A DNA stretch of 56,055 bases from Hydrolagus affinis (GCA_012026655.1 JAAILG010002295.1:1-56055), one strand, 5' to 3'. Positions 24,929 through 38,265 are shown, counted from the first letter of the stretch. The notes: generated from the letters alone by a model not told the origin. Program-made: numbers and translations.

Positions 24929-26779
24929 ACACCCTTCACATGGGTCAGTGTTTCAGGTCTCACCTTGTGTCCAGCATCCTCTTAAACTCCTTGCGCATCA
25001 GATTACCACGTAATCGACACTGCAACATTGTCAGGATCTTCGCCAGGCGATCGTCGCGCATGTCTTCCAATTTAGCCAAGACCCCAGCCCGGAAAAACAC
25101 CTTCACAACAGAGAGAATAATAACAATAATACTACATTATTATTATTATCGTTATTATAGAGAATACACATGAATGAGCATTTGCCATCCTTATCGAGAG
25201 TAATTTCCTGCTTATTGGCACAACTACTTCTTGTGGTATCAGCGCTTTGTGACATAAAGGCGCTATATAAGTGCAATTTTGTTGTTGTATTTCATAATAC
25301 TGTGGTAATAATGTTTGCATTTGACAGGGCTTACATCACCTGAGACTCCACCACTCTAAACACATAAATAGAGTAATTCTAGACTTGTCTGTCTGTTCTA
25401 CCACTGGGCAGCAATTCCCTTTGCAACATTAAGATTGTGCAGAATTGTTTTCCAATACAGTGCTAATCTGGAAATATATATAGTTTTTATACAGTTCTTA
25501 TAAAGAAACTGGTTTCCAAATCCCGACTGGACTGAAAGAAAAGATTCCACAATTCTGCGCCTTCTTAAATTTAAGGCCAGACCATCTGGTCTCCAGTTTT
25601 ATTGCCATCGGGAAAGGCATCAACGATACCATTTAGTATTTTGCATAAACACGATTTGAAATAAGAAGCTGTATGTCTGGTGCTTTCCGCCGCTCACCTT
25701 TGTGTGTCCAATTTTGTACTCGTTTTCCTCCAGACCAAGCGTGCCCAGCAGAAGGTCTGAGGCCTTCTTGTTGTCAATGAAACCCTTGGGGATGACGTTG
25801 GGGTTCAGGATGTAGTACCTGAGCAACCACAAAACACCTTTTCAAACACCAAGTTTGTCTGATGTGACTTGCGCTTTTCAAACATATTCTAACCATAAAC
25901 TAAATCTAGAAATTGCATTCGTCAAGCGTTTCCACCTCACGACCACAACCGATCTTAGATTAGATCCTTGCCTTTGACAGAGCGCCTTATTATCATTGCC
26001 ATTGATGTCTCAAAACAGCTTCACAAAATATCATTTCTGATTTATTATAATCCCTGCGTGTGATGTGCCTGTAAAATACGCGAACGTCTTGAAGAGCTCT
26101 TCCGGGTTTACTGCAAAGTCTCGTGTTGCGGCCGTGTATTTTGTAGGCGAACGGGGCGGATGGGGGGAGGGGGGGGGAGGTGGTGGGAAAGTTTCAGTCT
26201 CGGACTCACCGCTGTTTAAACTCGGGATACTGCAGCCTGTTGGGGAACCCTTTCCTGCAGATTCTGATTCCCTCCAACACACCATTGCAGGCCAGTTGGT
26301 GGAGGATCAGGCCGGCGTCCACCGCACCTGGAGGAAGTGACTCATTGCTGACCAGACTCACAGCTTTTTCCTGACGCTCACTATCGTCCGCCACTCACAC
26401 TTTGGAGCCAAGAAACGTGATACATTTGCATTGTGTGCCCGTACCTTACATCGAGGCCCAACCTTCCACCTTGGCATCTGTCTGACCCCCTCTCACCCAA
26501 AATATTTCAGTTTCAAATTTCAGATTTCTCCAATTGGTTGTGGGAAATCTGTACATTTGGCCTAAATATGGAACAAGTTTGTTTTTTATGAACCAAAATC
26601 CATTTGCTGAGAGGGTTATTTGACGGCAGATCTCACTCTATTCTTTAGAAAAAAAACCTTCTTCATTCCAATTGCAAAGCTCCTGGAATCTATGACTTGC
26701 TGGCTACATTCACTGCAACATAACCGGAGAGAAACTGTAGGCAGTTCATGCTTAGTGTGTGAGATGAGCTGGTTTTTTT

Positions 26780-26920
26780 TTAGGAATTAGGAGCAGGAGT
26801 AGGCTATTCAGCCCCTCAAGCCTGCCCCCCGCCATTCAATAAAATCATGGCTGATCTTCTAATCTAACTCCGCCTGCTCCCCCTTATCTCCATATCCCTT
26901 AATAACCTCTACCCTTTAGA
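26780..26920 (-). mobile_element. CR1-like LINE 3' fragment
   Basis: GGAGCAGGAGTAGGCTATTCAGCCCCTC...ATCATGGCTGATC. Confidence 0.6.
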
Positions 26921-27049
26921 AAGCCTTGTTGGAGAGTGATTCTGCCGTCCGCCCTACCTGACTGCTTGTTCTCGTTCGGTACGATGCAGCGGACAAAGTG
27001 GGGTGCCGTGCTGCGGAGTGTGGTCATCAGCTTGTTCAGCTGCTCCTGT

Positions 27050-27128
27050 GCTGAGAGACAGTGAGGGAGGGACAGTGAGGGAGAGACAGTGAGGGAGAGA
27101 CGGTGAGGGAGAGACGGTGAGGGAGAGA
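27050..27128. repeat. Tandem repeat of about 14-16 nt (GAGAGAC[A/G]GTGAGGGA)
   Basis: About five copies directly adjoining the acceptor of MYH16-B exon 27045-26958. Confidence 0.85.
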
Positions 27129-29459
27129 TGAACCCACACCAGCCACAGTTCTGAAAGAATCCTCTCGTCGTCTTCCATTGTACAAATTGTCCACCCCACT
27201 AAACAGAGCGGAAGGTGGGAGCAAGGTACACAACTATTCTTCGTTTAAGAACAAGGGCACTCTTTAATGTTCTCGACCTATCCTAGCAGCCTTTGATTCT
27301 CCCACTCCCTCCAACCATCCCCCACCCCCCCCCCCACCACCACCCACTCCCATTGGCGGAATCAATCAATGACAACTGACGCAGAGAAAGCTTGTTGCTC
27401 TTACCCGGTAGAACGCAGACACGGTCTGGAAGGAAGCTCCTTTCTTCTGTTTTTTGGTGGTACCTGTGGATGAGGAACACACGAGGAATATTTAAAATCA
27501 GGTTTATATACTTCAAGCCGCTACCGGCGACAGATGCCCACGGACGCCACAGAGAGTACGGCCCTGATTCAGATCAATCAATACACGGTGTGACTCACAG
27601 CGTTTTTTTTTTAGGGATTATTATTAGGTGTAATTATTATTTCTCGTGTGCTCTGAGGAAAGGAATACATTGAATAACTCACCTTTGGCTTCTTCTTCTT
27701 TGAAGAGAGTGGCTAATATGTTCATGGAAGACTTCTGGAACAAGCCCACCACTGTTTCGTTCAGGGGATCCTTATTTTTCTCCAGCCACCCTTGGGTGCT
27801 GTACCCAACCTTGAGATGTGAGGAGAATGAAGGTGGAGCATAGATTGAGAATCACAGAGAACATACAACGTGGTTGGAAAACACAATGAACGGAAATATT
27901 TGGTGAAATCCTGATGGATACTCACATTGCCCGCGTAGTGCACCAGCTCAAACGTGGCCTCTGCTCCCTTGCCTTTGCCACCTTTGGGTTTCAGGAAGTT
28001 GTTGGACTTGCCCAGGTGATTGTCGTACAGGGCAGACTTGAACGTGGCGTCCGTGGCCTTCGGGAACACGCACTGCTCCTCCAGGATGGAGAAGATTCCC
28101 ATGGGCTGCAAATACATCGTCAACAAGGACAACAAATGACATCTGTGCAGCGCCTTTCGCGTCAGGAGAACGTCCCAAATACAAATACATCCCCAAACAC
28201 AGACGGTCAAATGCAAGGATTATCCTTGTTATTATTATTATATGAAACAATGTTCCCGGCAGTTTGGTTACAGAAATTGGAGAGCAGCAAACTGACCTTC
28301 TCCAGCAGCTCGATGCAGGCCTGCAGGTCCATGCCAAAGTCAATGAACACCCATTCGATCCCTTCCTTCTTGTACTCCTCCTGTTCCAGGACGAACATGT
28401 GATGGTTGAAGAATTGCTGCAGCTTCTCGTTGGTGAAGTTGATGCAGAGTTGCTCAAAGCTGTTGGACTGTGGGACGGAGGGAAAAGGCAGAGCAGAGAA
28501 TGAGGCTCCCTTTCTACCCAAGATTGCTCTTAATTCGTAACCTTTTTATAGCATATGAGCAGATAGAGAAGACCATGGGGCAAACGCCCACTGAATAAGT
28601 ACATTTCCCCTCTTCTCTCTTAAATATGCCATTCGATTTTGCCTCTACAGCCTTTACTGTCCAATCTTAAAATTTTAAGTCAAAAGAAGGTCCGGCCTTG
28701 TGAATGCAACCCAATGTTTTTAATGTGCTATTTTAAAATATTTAATGTTAAAATATTTATATATACACCACACTGGAGTGGATAGTCCGTCCAAAAAAAC
28801 AACACAATAATAAAAAAAATTGGTCATTTTCAATCCACGACTGTTTGTGGGGTGGTGGGGGGACACACTGCTGTGCGCAATTGGCTGCCGAGTTTCGCTC
28901 GCTCGCCAAAGTCAATTCACTTTACAGTATACTCTGTGAAGCGCTTTGAGATGTCGATAAGATGTGAAAAGCCGTTATATCAAATGCAAGGATTATTATT
29001 ATTATTATTATTATTATAGCAGACGGAGTCGGAAGCAAGATTCCAAAGAAATTGCACCAAGCGAGAGGCACTGTTGTAAACTGTATGTTAACTGGGAGAT
29101 TTCTATCAAAACTGCCAAAGGATTAGCTGCCAAAACGTGCATTGTGAAATCCTGTGTCACAGTGGGGAAGATCAGTGCCAACGTCTCCATTACCTGAGCA
29201 TAGCATCAAGCATTACTGTTGACACGGGGCTGCCAGTAAACCTTTACCTCAAAGATTTCAAAGCCGGCAATGTCCAGCACGCCTATAAAGTGCTGACGCT
29301 GCATCTTAGTGTCCAAGGTCTTGTTAATTCTTACAACCATCCACTTGAACATTTTATCGTAGACGGCTTTTCCTAGGGCACCAACTGAGTTGGAGCACTG
29401 AGAAAGAGAGAGAGTAATAACAAGATTATTACCAGCAGTGAATAGAATTCCAACCACAG

Positions 29460-29862
29460 TAAAATGACACTTGTGTAGACAGCGCCTTTCACGTCTGGAG
29501 GACGTCCCAAGATGCTGGACGTCCTTGTTTCAGACCCGAGCTGGGATCGGGGACAGAGAGGGTGGAGGGAAAGGTGGGGGATTTGGGGTGACCGATAGGA
29601 CCATCAAAGAGGAGGGTCTCGAGATGCGACTTGATGGAGGTTGGTGAGGGGGCGAGGTGGAGGGACTGTGGGATGGAGTTCCGGAGTTGGGGACAGAGTG
29701 GCTGAAAGTGGGATGGTTGGTTGGGAAATGTGGAGCAGGCCGGAGAGGAGGGCAGGTCACTGAGCAGAGGGAGCGGGCAGGTCGGTAGAGGGTTAGGACA
29801 TGGCAGAAGTAGGGTGGGGCGAGGCCATGGAGGGCTTTGAATGTGAGACCAAGAGTGCCCAA
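29460..29862 (-). mobile_element. L2-type LINE 3' fragment
   Basis: Peptide LTFKALHGLAPPY...YRPARSL is typical of the L2 ORF2 C-terminus. The 3' end GGGACGTCCTCC..ACGTGAAAGGCGCT is shared with many short copies. Confidence 0.75.
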
Positions 29863-31869
29863 AAGTAATATTTGTCTATCCAGCGTGTCCAGGCCAGTGA
29901 CTGCTCTGTGGGAGGGGGACGTTCTTTTGAGAAATTGGTGAAAGACTCACCTGGGCCACATTCTGGGCTTTCTGCACAAACTCGTTACCAACTTTGACCC
30001 TTCTGGAGCTCCCCCGAACTGAGAGCCATCAAGTGGGAGACTTTGTCGGCCACTGGAAACGAGCAGACAAGGAAACCAACTGAGAAAAGGCAGGAGATGA
30101 ATGTCTTTGCAGATCCAGTTGCTATTTACAAAGGCAGGATTCAGCCTCTTGGAATATACTCATGGAGTACGTTGGATTTCCTTTGAAGAGGAAATAGACA
30201 ATTGAATGGGAACCAACAAGTTGGGGAGGGAGGGTGAGAGATATCAAAACAGGATTGAAATGCTGTTCCTTAAATCAGGATCTAGAGTGTATGAGTTTAG
30301 TTGGCCCATCTCATATATATTTACGTTAAATCTCAGAGTCAACAACTAAACATATCAGTCTCTGAGCAAGGCTAAAGCACTTGTTGTGGCCGTACAACTG
30401 ATTCCCAGCGGAACATGATGCGGGAATCCATCAGCCCCCTTGTAATCTGTTTTGTCAACACCCGAGACAAATTCCCCAATACTCCCAGGTTTGGAGCAGG
30501 TTGGGTTACAATGTGTGAGTAGACAGCATGGCATTCAGCCTGTATTCTAGTGCGGGGCAAATGGTTAGGCCACAGAACTGATTGATTTATTGATCGATCG
30601 ATCAGTCGATCGATTGACTGACTTCAAGTGAGTCATTCGAATCGCTTGCTGCTATTTGGCTGCATTAGTAAGAGTGTAAGTGACCGACCTTCTGTAGTTT
30701 CGATGTCGGCCTGCTCATCCCTGGACTTCTGCTTAAACTTCATGTTCCCGAAATGCATGATGGCTCCGGTCAGCTTGTAGACACCGTATTTCTCCTCAGT
30801 GGTGAAGCCCAGCACATCAAAGGCTTCCTTTGGAACAAAGATTTAATTTATTCCACGCTTTTAATGGACTATTTAAATAAAAGTATCGTTTCATTTCCCA
30901 TCAGAAATGTTATGTGAAAATGGAGGCAAAATAATGTGAGATTTTTCCCATTGGGCAATAATAAAGCCACTGTCAAACATTTCACATCTGTTTGGCTTGT
31001 CTGTTGAACCACTGGGAGACTAGGGGACCCACAAAATTGTCTTATCTCCAGAGATTGCTTGCGTTTGGATAAAATGTTCCAATTTAAATCTTCCGCCGTT
31101 GTCAATTTAAGTCTTTGAATCAGTATTTCCCAATGTAACCATGAAAACACAGTCAACCAGGAGTGACACTGATCTCACATCGCCAATGTTGGCCTCACTT
31201 TGCAACCCAGACTGTGACGCACGCACGCACGCACACTCTATGTGTGTGGAAGTGTAAGACTGAGAGACGTACATCAGTCAATCGGAGCTCTTCACCATCA
31301 TCCATGTTGTCCACCACAGTCACACCCTGGCACACCCAACAGTACTGTTTCGGATCAGGCATCAACAGCAGCATATCTGGCAAGAGACGGGAAAGTGAAT
31401 AATTCAGAAACAAAGGTAAGAAGCCTTCCGAGAGTCACGCGATTCACAGTGAATAGTGACTCACCGATACCATCAGATTTTTTTTTGCTTGAAATTGGCT
31501 CAAAGACTGTAATGTTGAGACTCACCTAAAATGTTTGGTATATTCCCAGAGAGGAGCTGGTAGAAGATGTGGTAGCCTCGCTCAGCATGTTGCTGTGAGA
31601 TGACTCGAGACTTTTCTAACAAATCTGGAAACAGGAGGACCCGAAATGTAGGAGAGGGAGAAACAACAGGTTGAGAGAGACCCAAGGAATATCAAATATA
31701 CTGTACATCATAAAATATAATTGCACGTTCAATGTTTTCAATAACACGAGTTGTAACAAAGTGAAAGATTTGCTTACAGCTTTCAATATCAGCACCAGCT
31801 AGTTTACCAGATGGGCCAAAGTGAATTCGGATAAATTTACCCTGGAGAGAATTGAGGGTGGGAGGAGAA

Positions 31870-32165
31870 ACACAAGATTAGTGAATTGTTGTTAACTCTG
31901 TTGTTGTTTGTATGGTTGTTGTTGTTGTTGTTGTAGCTTGAATGCGTCGGGAAATATGAATTTTCATGCTGAGGATTGTGAAACTGGAAGGTAACGTCTC
32001 CGATTTCCAGAGAGCGGGTGCGCGGGAATGGTTGAAAGCCACGGCGCGCCAACGGTGGGGGCAGATAGGGCCGTGGACACCAAGACAGACAGGGTTTGCT
32101 GGGTGAAGGGAGCAGCCGGGTCCTTGTAGGGGGTTGAAATGAAAGATGTAAACTCAGGAGGTGGT
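31870..32165 (-). mobile_element. L2-like LINE 3' fragment (other subfamily)
   Basis: Purine-rich ORF2-end-like sequence (PYKDP...PTVGA) next to a (GTT)n tract. Confidence 0.45.
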
Positions 32166-32679
32166 GGGGGGGGGCGGGGTTTCACAAACATGTCCTGCAG
32201 ATGTATCTCAGATTATAGACCAACGGGAAGGCTACATGAAACGCTGAGCTTTGGATATGATGAAATAGGGGGAAAGACTTACAAAACGTGACGAGTTGTT
32301 GTTCCTGGTGGTCTTGGCGTTACCAAAGGCCTCCAGCACAGGGTTAGCCTGGATGATTCGATCCTCCAGGGAGCCCTACATTAACAGAAAGAAGAGAATT
32401 ACACAAACAAAAGAATGACACAGTCTGTCAGAATGAGTAAACGCACGACACTTGGATTGGAACAGCCAGCCTGCTCCTTTAGCTCCAACCTCCAAAGCAA
32501 AATAAGAAAGGTTCACACATCGGCTGCCATCACACATTGTGCCACTGGGTGCTGTCCCTGTAACCATTGAAAGGTAAAGAGATAATACCGAGGTTGTTTC
32601 CCTGTAGGTTGGTTGATAATATGGCAGCAGCAAACTGGGCGGGAGATTAAGCTTGCTGCTTCTAAAACACATTTAGAAC

Positions 32680-33032
32680 CACCTGTAGCTCAGTGGTTAG
32701 AGCGCTCGCCTTACAAGCGTGAGACCTGTGTTCGAATCCAGGCAGATCAGGGCGAAACCAAGTTTCCTTATTACACACACACACACACACACACCTAATA
32801 ATAATCCATCCCCAAAAACCACAATAATAAAATTGGTAATTTCAACCCAAGACTGTGTGTGTGGGGGACGTTGCTGTGTGCAATTGGCTGCTGTGTTTCG
32901 CCCACAAATATATATACAGTCAATTCTCTTTACAGTATATTCTGTGAAGCGCTTTGGGATGTCAATAAGATGTGAAAAGCCGCGATATCAAAGGCAAGGA
33001 TTATTATTATTTTTTATTATTATTATTATTAT
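32680..33032 (+). mobile_element. Full-length tRNA-derived SINE (shorter head variant)
   Basis: GTAGCTCAGTGGTTAGAGCGCTCGCCTTACAAGCGTGAGACCTGTGTTCGAATCC, followed by the core and an (ATT)n tail. Confidence 0.85.
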
Positions 33033-36000
33033 TTACACAGTTCTTGTCTTACCTTTGTGTCGGTGACCTGTTTTCCAGTGCCACCGATGTTTGCAAAGTA
33101 CTGAATGACTTTCTTGGTGTTCTCAGTCTTGCCTGCACCAGATTCTCCACTGTAAGGAAGAGAAACGTTATTTTAATTCAGGCGTGGGGGAAACTGAATA
33201 AATCCTTCAAATGTCAGCTCCAGTTTTTTAGAACCGGTTCTAGGGAACACACCAGAAATTACATCCGGAGCAGAAAAAGCCTGACCGATCCCTGAAACTG
33301 CTCTCTGCGCAGTGCGGTCTCTGAACTAATAAGCAGAAAACAGTTTTGCACACATCACTCAAGGATCGGAAACAACGTGGATCGCATGAAACAAACAAAA
33401 CTGACTCACGTGATGAGCATGGACTGATTCTCTCGCTCTGTGGAGGAAATGGAAGAGTTTTAGAAACTTGACACACAGTAAACGGTGTAGAGAGGCTTAA
33501 CAATTTTTTTTCAAATTGGTATCCCTCCAAAACAAAACATTCAGGTCCAATCTTAATCCCGTCACTGAATGCTGCCTTTAACTTTGGGAAGGCAGATGAG
33601 CTGTGGCTCTCAGCTTCCCTGCTCATAGCCATTAATTGTTCCCCCTACCCCCCCACCCTTCCATACCCCACCCCACCCCAGTTGGATGGAAATGTGATTC
33701 AAACAGCACAATTATGATATTATGCTTGTTTCTCTCCCTGGAATGGAAAAAGAAACATTCCAGTCAATGCCCTGGTCATTATCAGGGCCTGAATAAAACC
33801 CAAAAGGGCAGCTGCGTTGATCATTTATCTCACTGCCCTTACATGTCTATTCAGACGCGTGTTAGCTAAATCCTGCTCTTGCCTACATTACACAATGACT
33901 TCACTCTCAAGATGTAACTCATTTGGGAATTTTGTCACGGAGGGCTCTATACCAACACAAGTATTTTGGTTTTTTAAAAAAAGCCATAAATTAGAGATGT
34001 CAGGAGCTAATTTACTGCTCCAAACACAGAGACATCTGGGCTTATGTGCAAATAGGAAATATTATCACAATCCGGTCAGCACAATGTTTATCCAACAAGA
34101 TGACGTGATGCCATAACACACAGATGACATTAACACTTGGGATGTTATTTAGTCAATTCCACCCTCTTAATAAGTACTTGAACTTTATAGTGGTTCCCTG
34201 ACACGTACCCTCTGTGTGACACACAAACCATCTTGCTCAGCGCCCAAGTCTCTCTTACCCATCAACATGTCGTGGTAGGCGTTGTCAGAGATGGAGAAGA
34301 GATGAGGAGGCATCTCACTACGTTTCTTGCCCTTGTACATCCGAGCCACTCTCCCACCATAGATGGGCAGCCACTTGTAGGGGTTCACTGTCACGCAGAA
34401 CAACCCAGAGTAGGTCTGTTTAAAAATAAAGATTCACTGTACCATCACCATTTTAATTGATCCTTAAAAATATAGACGTTCACAGCAACAATGGGGGGGC
34501 GTTTCCTAAAAACCGAAGTATGAATCTTGTATCACATTTAACGTAAAACCATTTGCAATAGTCAAATAAAAATAATAATGGTTATTGTTGGTTCAGCGGT
34601 TACTGTAATAATATGTTGCCATTATGATTCTTGTCATGATTAAGTGACTGGTTTCCCTACTGGTTGAAGAATAAGAACAACTTGCATTTATATTGGGCTT
34701 TTTCAAGTAGAATAATGCCTCAGAACACTTCACAGTGTCAGGGATGGATCCTGAGTTAGAGGGGAAGAGATGGGGGGATGGATGAGGTGACCATAATCAC
34801 CCTTGAAGAGGTAGGTTTTGAGGCAGGAATTGAAGACAATTAGAGAGCGGGTTGGGCCACAGGGAACGAAGGAGGGAATTCCCGAGGTTAGGAATCCTAT
34901 TGAGAGAAAAAATCAATTTTGCACGACTTATGCTTGAGAGATAATTTGAACGTACGTAAATTCGCATCATCATATAACGCTGGCGTAGGTTGTCCAGGAC
35001 ACTGGCCTCATTCAGGAAGGTGAGGTTGGCCATGTCGTTGGCCTGGTAAAATTTGGGTGGGTTCATCTGCTGGAGATCGTCTTTCTTTATGGTCAAGGTC
35101 TGAAAACAAATATAAAAGCAACGACGATTTGCAATGGTAAGGGATCCATGGGGAGAAAGTACAACCCAACACCTACAGTTCTTCACACAGAAATTATAGG
35201 CATTGGGCCTATTAAGGCTATACTGGTGCTATGTACTTGAAAACATAGTCCACTGGAGCGATATATCCTAATCAACTTCCCTTTGATTAGTTTGTCTCTT
35301 TATCAAATCTTTATCCAATATCAGTTGTCAGAGTCTTAGCTTTGATAGATACTTAGGGCAAAGCACCCAACCAACACCCCAACTCCCCCCCACCCACCCA
35401 CAAACACACACACATATCCACACACACTTTCGGAGAAGTGGTGATATTGTTTACTTACAGTGTTCTTGACAGTCTTGATAGTGAGTTCGTTTCCACTGTC
35501 AGACTGGACTTCACCTTCGATGAAACCATCTTTGGCATCAACGACCCAGCAGGACTTTTTAATGTCATACGGTTTGGTCATGGCTTCTCGCTTCTCCTTC
35601 TCAGAAGGAGCTAGAAATATCATGGGGTCAACATCATCCCCGCACTCGCCCTTGTAACGTGCGGCCATTCTGAACTTGGTTTACGGGCAGCAGATGAGAT
35701 CGAAGAGGACAAAGAGAGAGAGAGCACTCACTGGAAGGCTGCAAAGAAAAGCAGATCTTATTTACACACAGAAAAGAAAGTTCACCATATTCCTGCGACA
35801 GAAACCGTCGGATTGAACTATTGTGGTATGTCATGGTATTTCTAAATCCCTCATGGTCTTATGTTTGAGGCCAATAAACTTTAGATTGTGTGGAAATTTT
35901 GAGAATTCTTAAATTCAGCCTTAACTTGGAAGTCGTTTCTTTCTAAATGAAGAAAACCAGCATCCAAATTAAAGTGAGAGTTTAAGACTTTTCTATAACA

Positions 36001-36982
36001 CTGTTCAGTTCCTAATTTCGACAACAACAACACCAACAGAATTACACATATATGGTAAAGTTTGCAGCGTTTTGGAATATATTCCTTGAATTAATTAATT
36101 AATTAATTGTATTATCTAAGCAAAGAATGGATTACGAAACACCACAAGGCTAAGACCTTGAGAAATTTCAGCCCCCTGAGATTTCTGATAAAAATTTGGC
36201 CCGAGTCCTTATCCAAAAGTTAGAGACATAAAAAGGATGGAGGAAGAAAGGGTATCTAAATAGATTAAACAACAAGTACAATCACAAAATATGCATTTCG
36301 CCCACAAAATATACAGTCAATTGACTTTACAGTATATTCTGTGAAGTGCTTTGTGACGTTGATAAGACATGAAAAGCACTATATCAAATGCAAGGATTAT
36401 TATTAAGTTCAATCCACCTTACCGTGCATATTGTTCATTCCCCCATTAAAAGTAAGTTTTATTATCATGCCAAGTTGCTGCTCAGCACTTCATGTCATTA
36501 CTATTCTGATTCTAGTCATAAAAAAGACATTTTAACTTCACAGAGGTCCAAGGGCAGAATTTGTACCCAGGTATTGTGACTAAATGGTAGATTTCACCTG
36601 TCACGTCTTTCATTGAAAGTAACACAGATCGATTTTCATATCTATATCTATATTTCCACTGGAATATCTCAATGTTTAGGCAATACCGGGGCTGAGAATC
36701 TCCTCCTGCTGTTCCTTCTCTAACAGGAAAATCTCAGGACACAAGGTGCATATAAGTGAAATCATTGACTCAAGTTTCACCACAATCCCCGCTCAGAGCC
36801 TTTGATAAAATCTCTGATGACAATGGCGCAGGTAAAGAGATGGATGTACAACCTATGTTTCCTGATATGGATCATTATGTGAGTGCGTCTTCTCCATGTG
36901 CTCTACTTGCAAGAAAACTATCAGAAATAATAATAATAATTACATGATAATAATCCTTGCATTTGACATAGCTCCGTGTATT

Positions 36983-37491
36983 CATAGAATCATAGAATTT
37001 TACGTCACAAACGGAGGCCATTCGGCCCATCTAGTCTGTGCCGGCTCTTTGAAAAGAGCAACTCAATCCCACTGCCCAGCTCTCTCCCCACAACCTAACA
37101 GACCTGTTCTCCCTAAATAAAGATCTAATTCCCTTTTAAAAGCTGTTATGGAATCGGCCTCCACCACCTTTTCAGGCAATGCATTCCAGATTCCAACAAC
37201 CCGCCGAGTGAAAACATTTCTCCTCAGCTCCCCTCTGCTTCGTTTTGAAACTATTTTAAATCTGTGACCACGAGTCACTGATTCGCCCACCAGTGGAAAC
37301 AGTCTTTTCTTATTACCCTGTCGAATCCCCTCATGATTTTATAAACCTCTATTAGGTCTCCTCTCAACCTTCTCTGTTCCAAAGAAAATAAACCTAGCCT
37401 AACTAGCCTTTCCCCATAACTGAAGTCCCTCAATCCTGGTTCTAGTAAACCTTCTTTGTCCCCTTTCCAATGCCTTGACATCCTTTCTATA
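36983..37491 (-). mobile_element. 5'-truncated CR1 LINE (ORF2 C-terminus plus 3' UTR) inserted into a SINE
   Basis: Frameshifted peptides LGLFSLEQRRLRGDLIEVYKIM and TRGHRFK...FTRRVVGIWNALP, a (TTCTATGA) tail, and a flanking 7-bp direct repeat GTGTATT. Confidence 0.88.
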
Positions 37492-38265
37492 GTGTATTGT
37501 TGTTGAGACTTCTCAAAGAATGTATTGTAAAGTTGATTCTCGGTGCATTTTGTGGGTAAAACACGGCAGGCAATTGCACACAGTAATCTTCCGCTAACCC
37601 ACTGTTAGTGGAAGATTTAGTGACGATTTTATTTTGAGGGATTATTATATGATAATAATCCTTACATTTATATAGCGCTTTCCACATCTTATCGACGTCT
37701 CAAAATCAGAATCTGACCTAATTAAGTGTTAACTAAATGGCCAGCAAAACAAATTCATCAATTGCAAGACTGAAACTAGCTGCCAAATCTTAAAGTGCAA
37801 TACAAACAGGATTGCACAGCAACGAAGAAAGTTGAACGATAATTAAAAAGGACAATTTATTCATTCAAATTTAGTGCATTTTCTTTGCCCTTTTCAATCC
37901 TATCTTATGCAACCTACAATGAATTATTGATGTAGCTGCTAAATATTGCAACCACTAATTAGAGAAACATACAGAGCTATTAAAATATTTATTATCCGCC
38001 ACTAATATTCTTTGAACAAACTAAAAGAATTGTACTCCACCCTGTGTCTTTCCATATCTTATTCCTTTAAGTGTTTGCTTCTATGAGTGTGTGTGTGTGT
38101 GTGCGAAATAATATAATGTAATCTTTGAACACCTTTCTCTTCAAATGAAATGACAGCCCATTTGTTTACTGTAAGATCTGAATTGTAACGTAGTTGTCCT
38201 TTGGGTAGAAAAGAATAAGACATTTTATTTTAAAGCAGTCAAGAAGTCAATAGGAGAGGACTTAC

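Larger units (their letters stand above)
12077..35668 (-). pseudogene. MYH16: Myosin heavy chain 16 copy B: full exon set (about 1946 aa if repaired) with a frameshift and a nonsense codon
   Basis: 43 GT-AG coding exons: 35668-35459, 35099-34956, 34415-34259, 33437-33410, 33149-33053, 32375-32283, 31841-31778, 31624-31526, 31376-31273, 30827-30689, 30052-29951 (frameshift), 29397-29248, 28467-28297, 28105-27926, 27809-27683, 27463-27405, 27045-26958, 26327-26210, 25818-25698, 25100-24964, 24326-24245, 24070-23897, 23725-23498, 23111-23007, 22892-22806, 22495-22350, 22023-21933, 21837-21781, 21318-21232, 20889-20644, 20253-20136, 18642-18515, 17503-17307, 17153-17021, 16697-16481, 16115-15979, 15651-15548 (in-frame TAG), 15414-15222, 14591-14388, 13757-13632, 13211-13041, 12925-12725, 12280-12077. 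Motifs: [39 protein letters not shown] region, coiled coil, and C-terminus [15 protein letters not shown] typical of MYH16. Confidence 0.88.

Noticed and set aside
12119-28503. Many plus-strand Ser/Leu-rich ORFs
   Set aside because: Antisense shadows of myosin exons.
32680-32745. tRNA-Val/Ala-like sequences (also near 9440-9521, 14140-14210 and 15010-15097)
   Set aside because: They are SINE heads continuous with the SINE body and lack a proper acceptor stem and terminator.
12077-35668. Intronic myomiR (miR-208/miR-499 type) as in MYH6/7/7B
   Set aside because: No matching mature sequence or convincing hairpin was seen by eye, and MYH16 is not a known host.
35670-35738. Possible 7-nt 5' UTR microexon (CAG|CCTTCCA|GTGAGT) before the MYH16-B start codon
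   Set aside because: The resulting downstream intron would be only about 60 nt, and the exon-2 acceptor cannot be fixed without transcripts.
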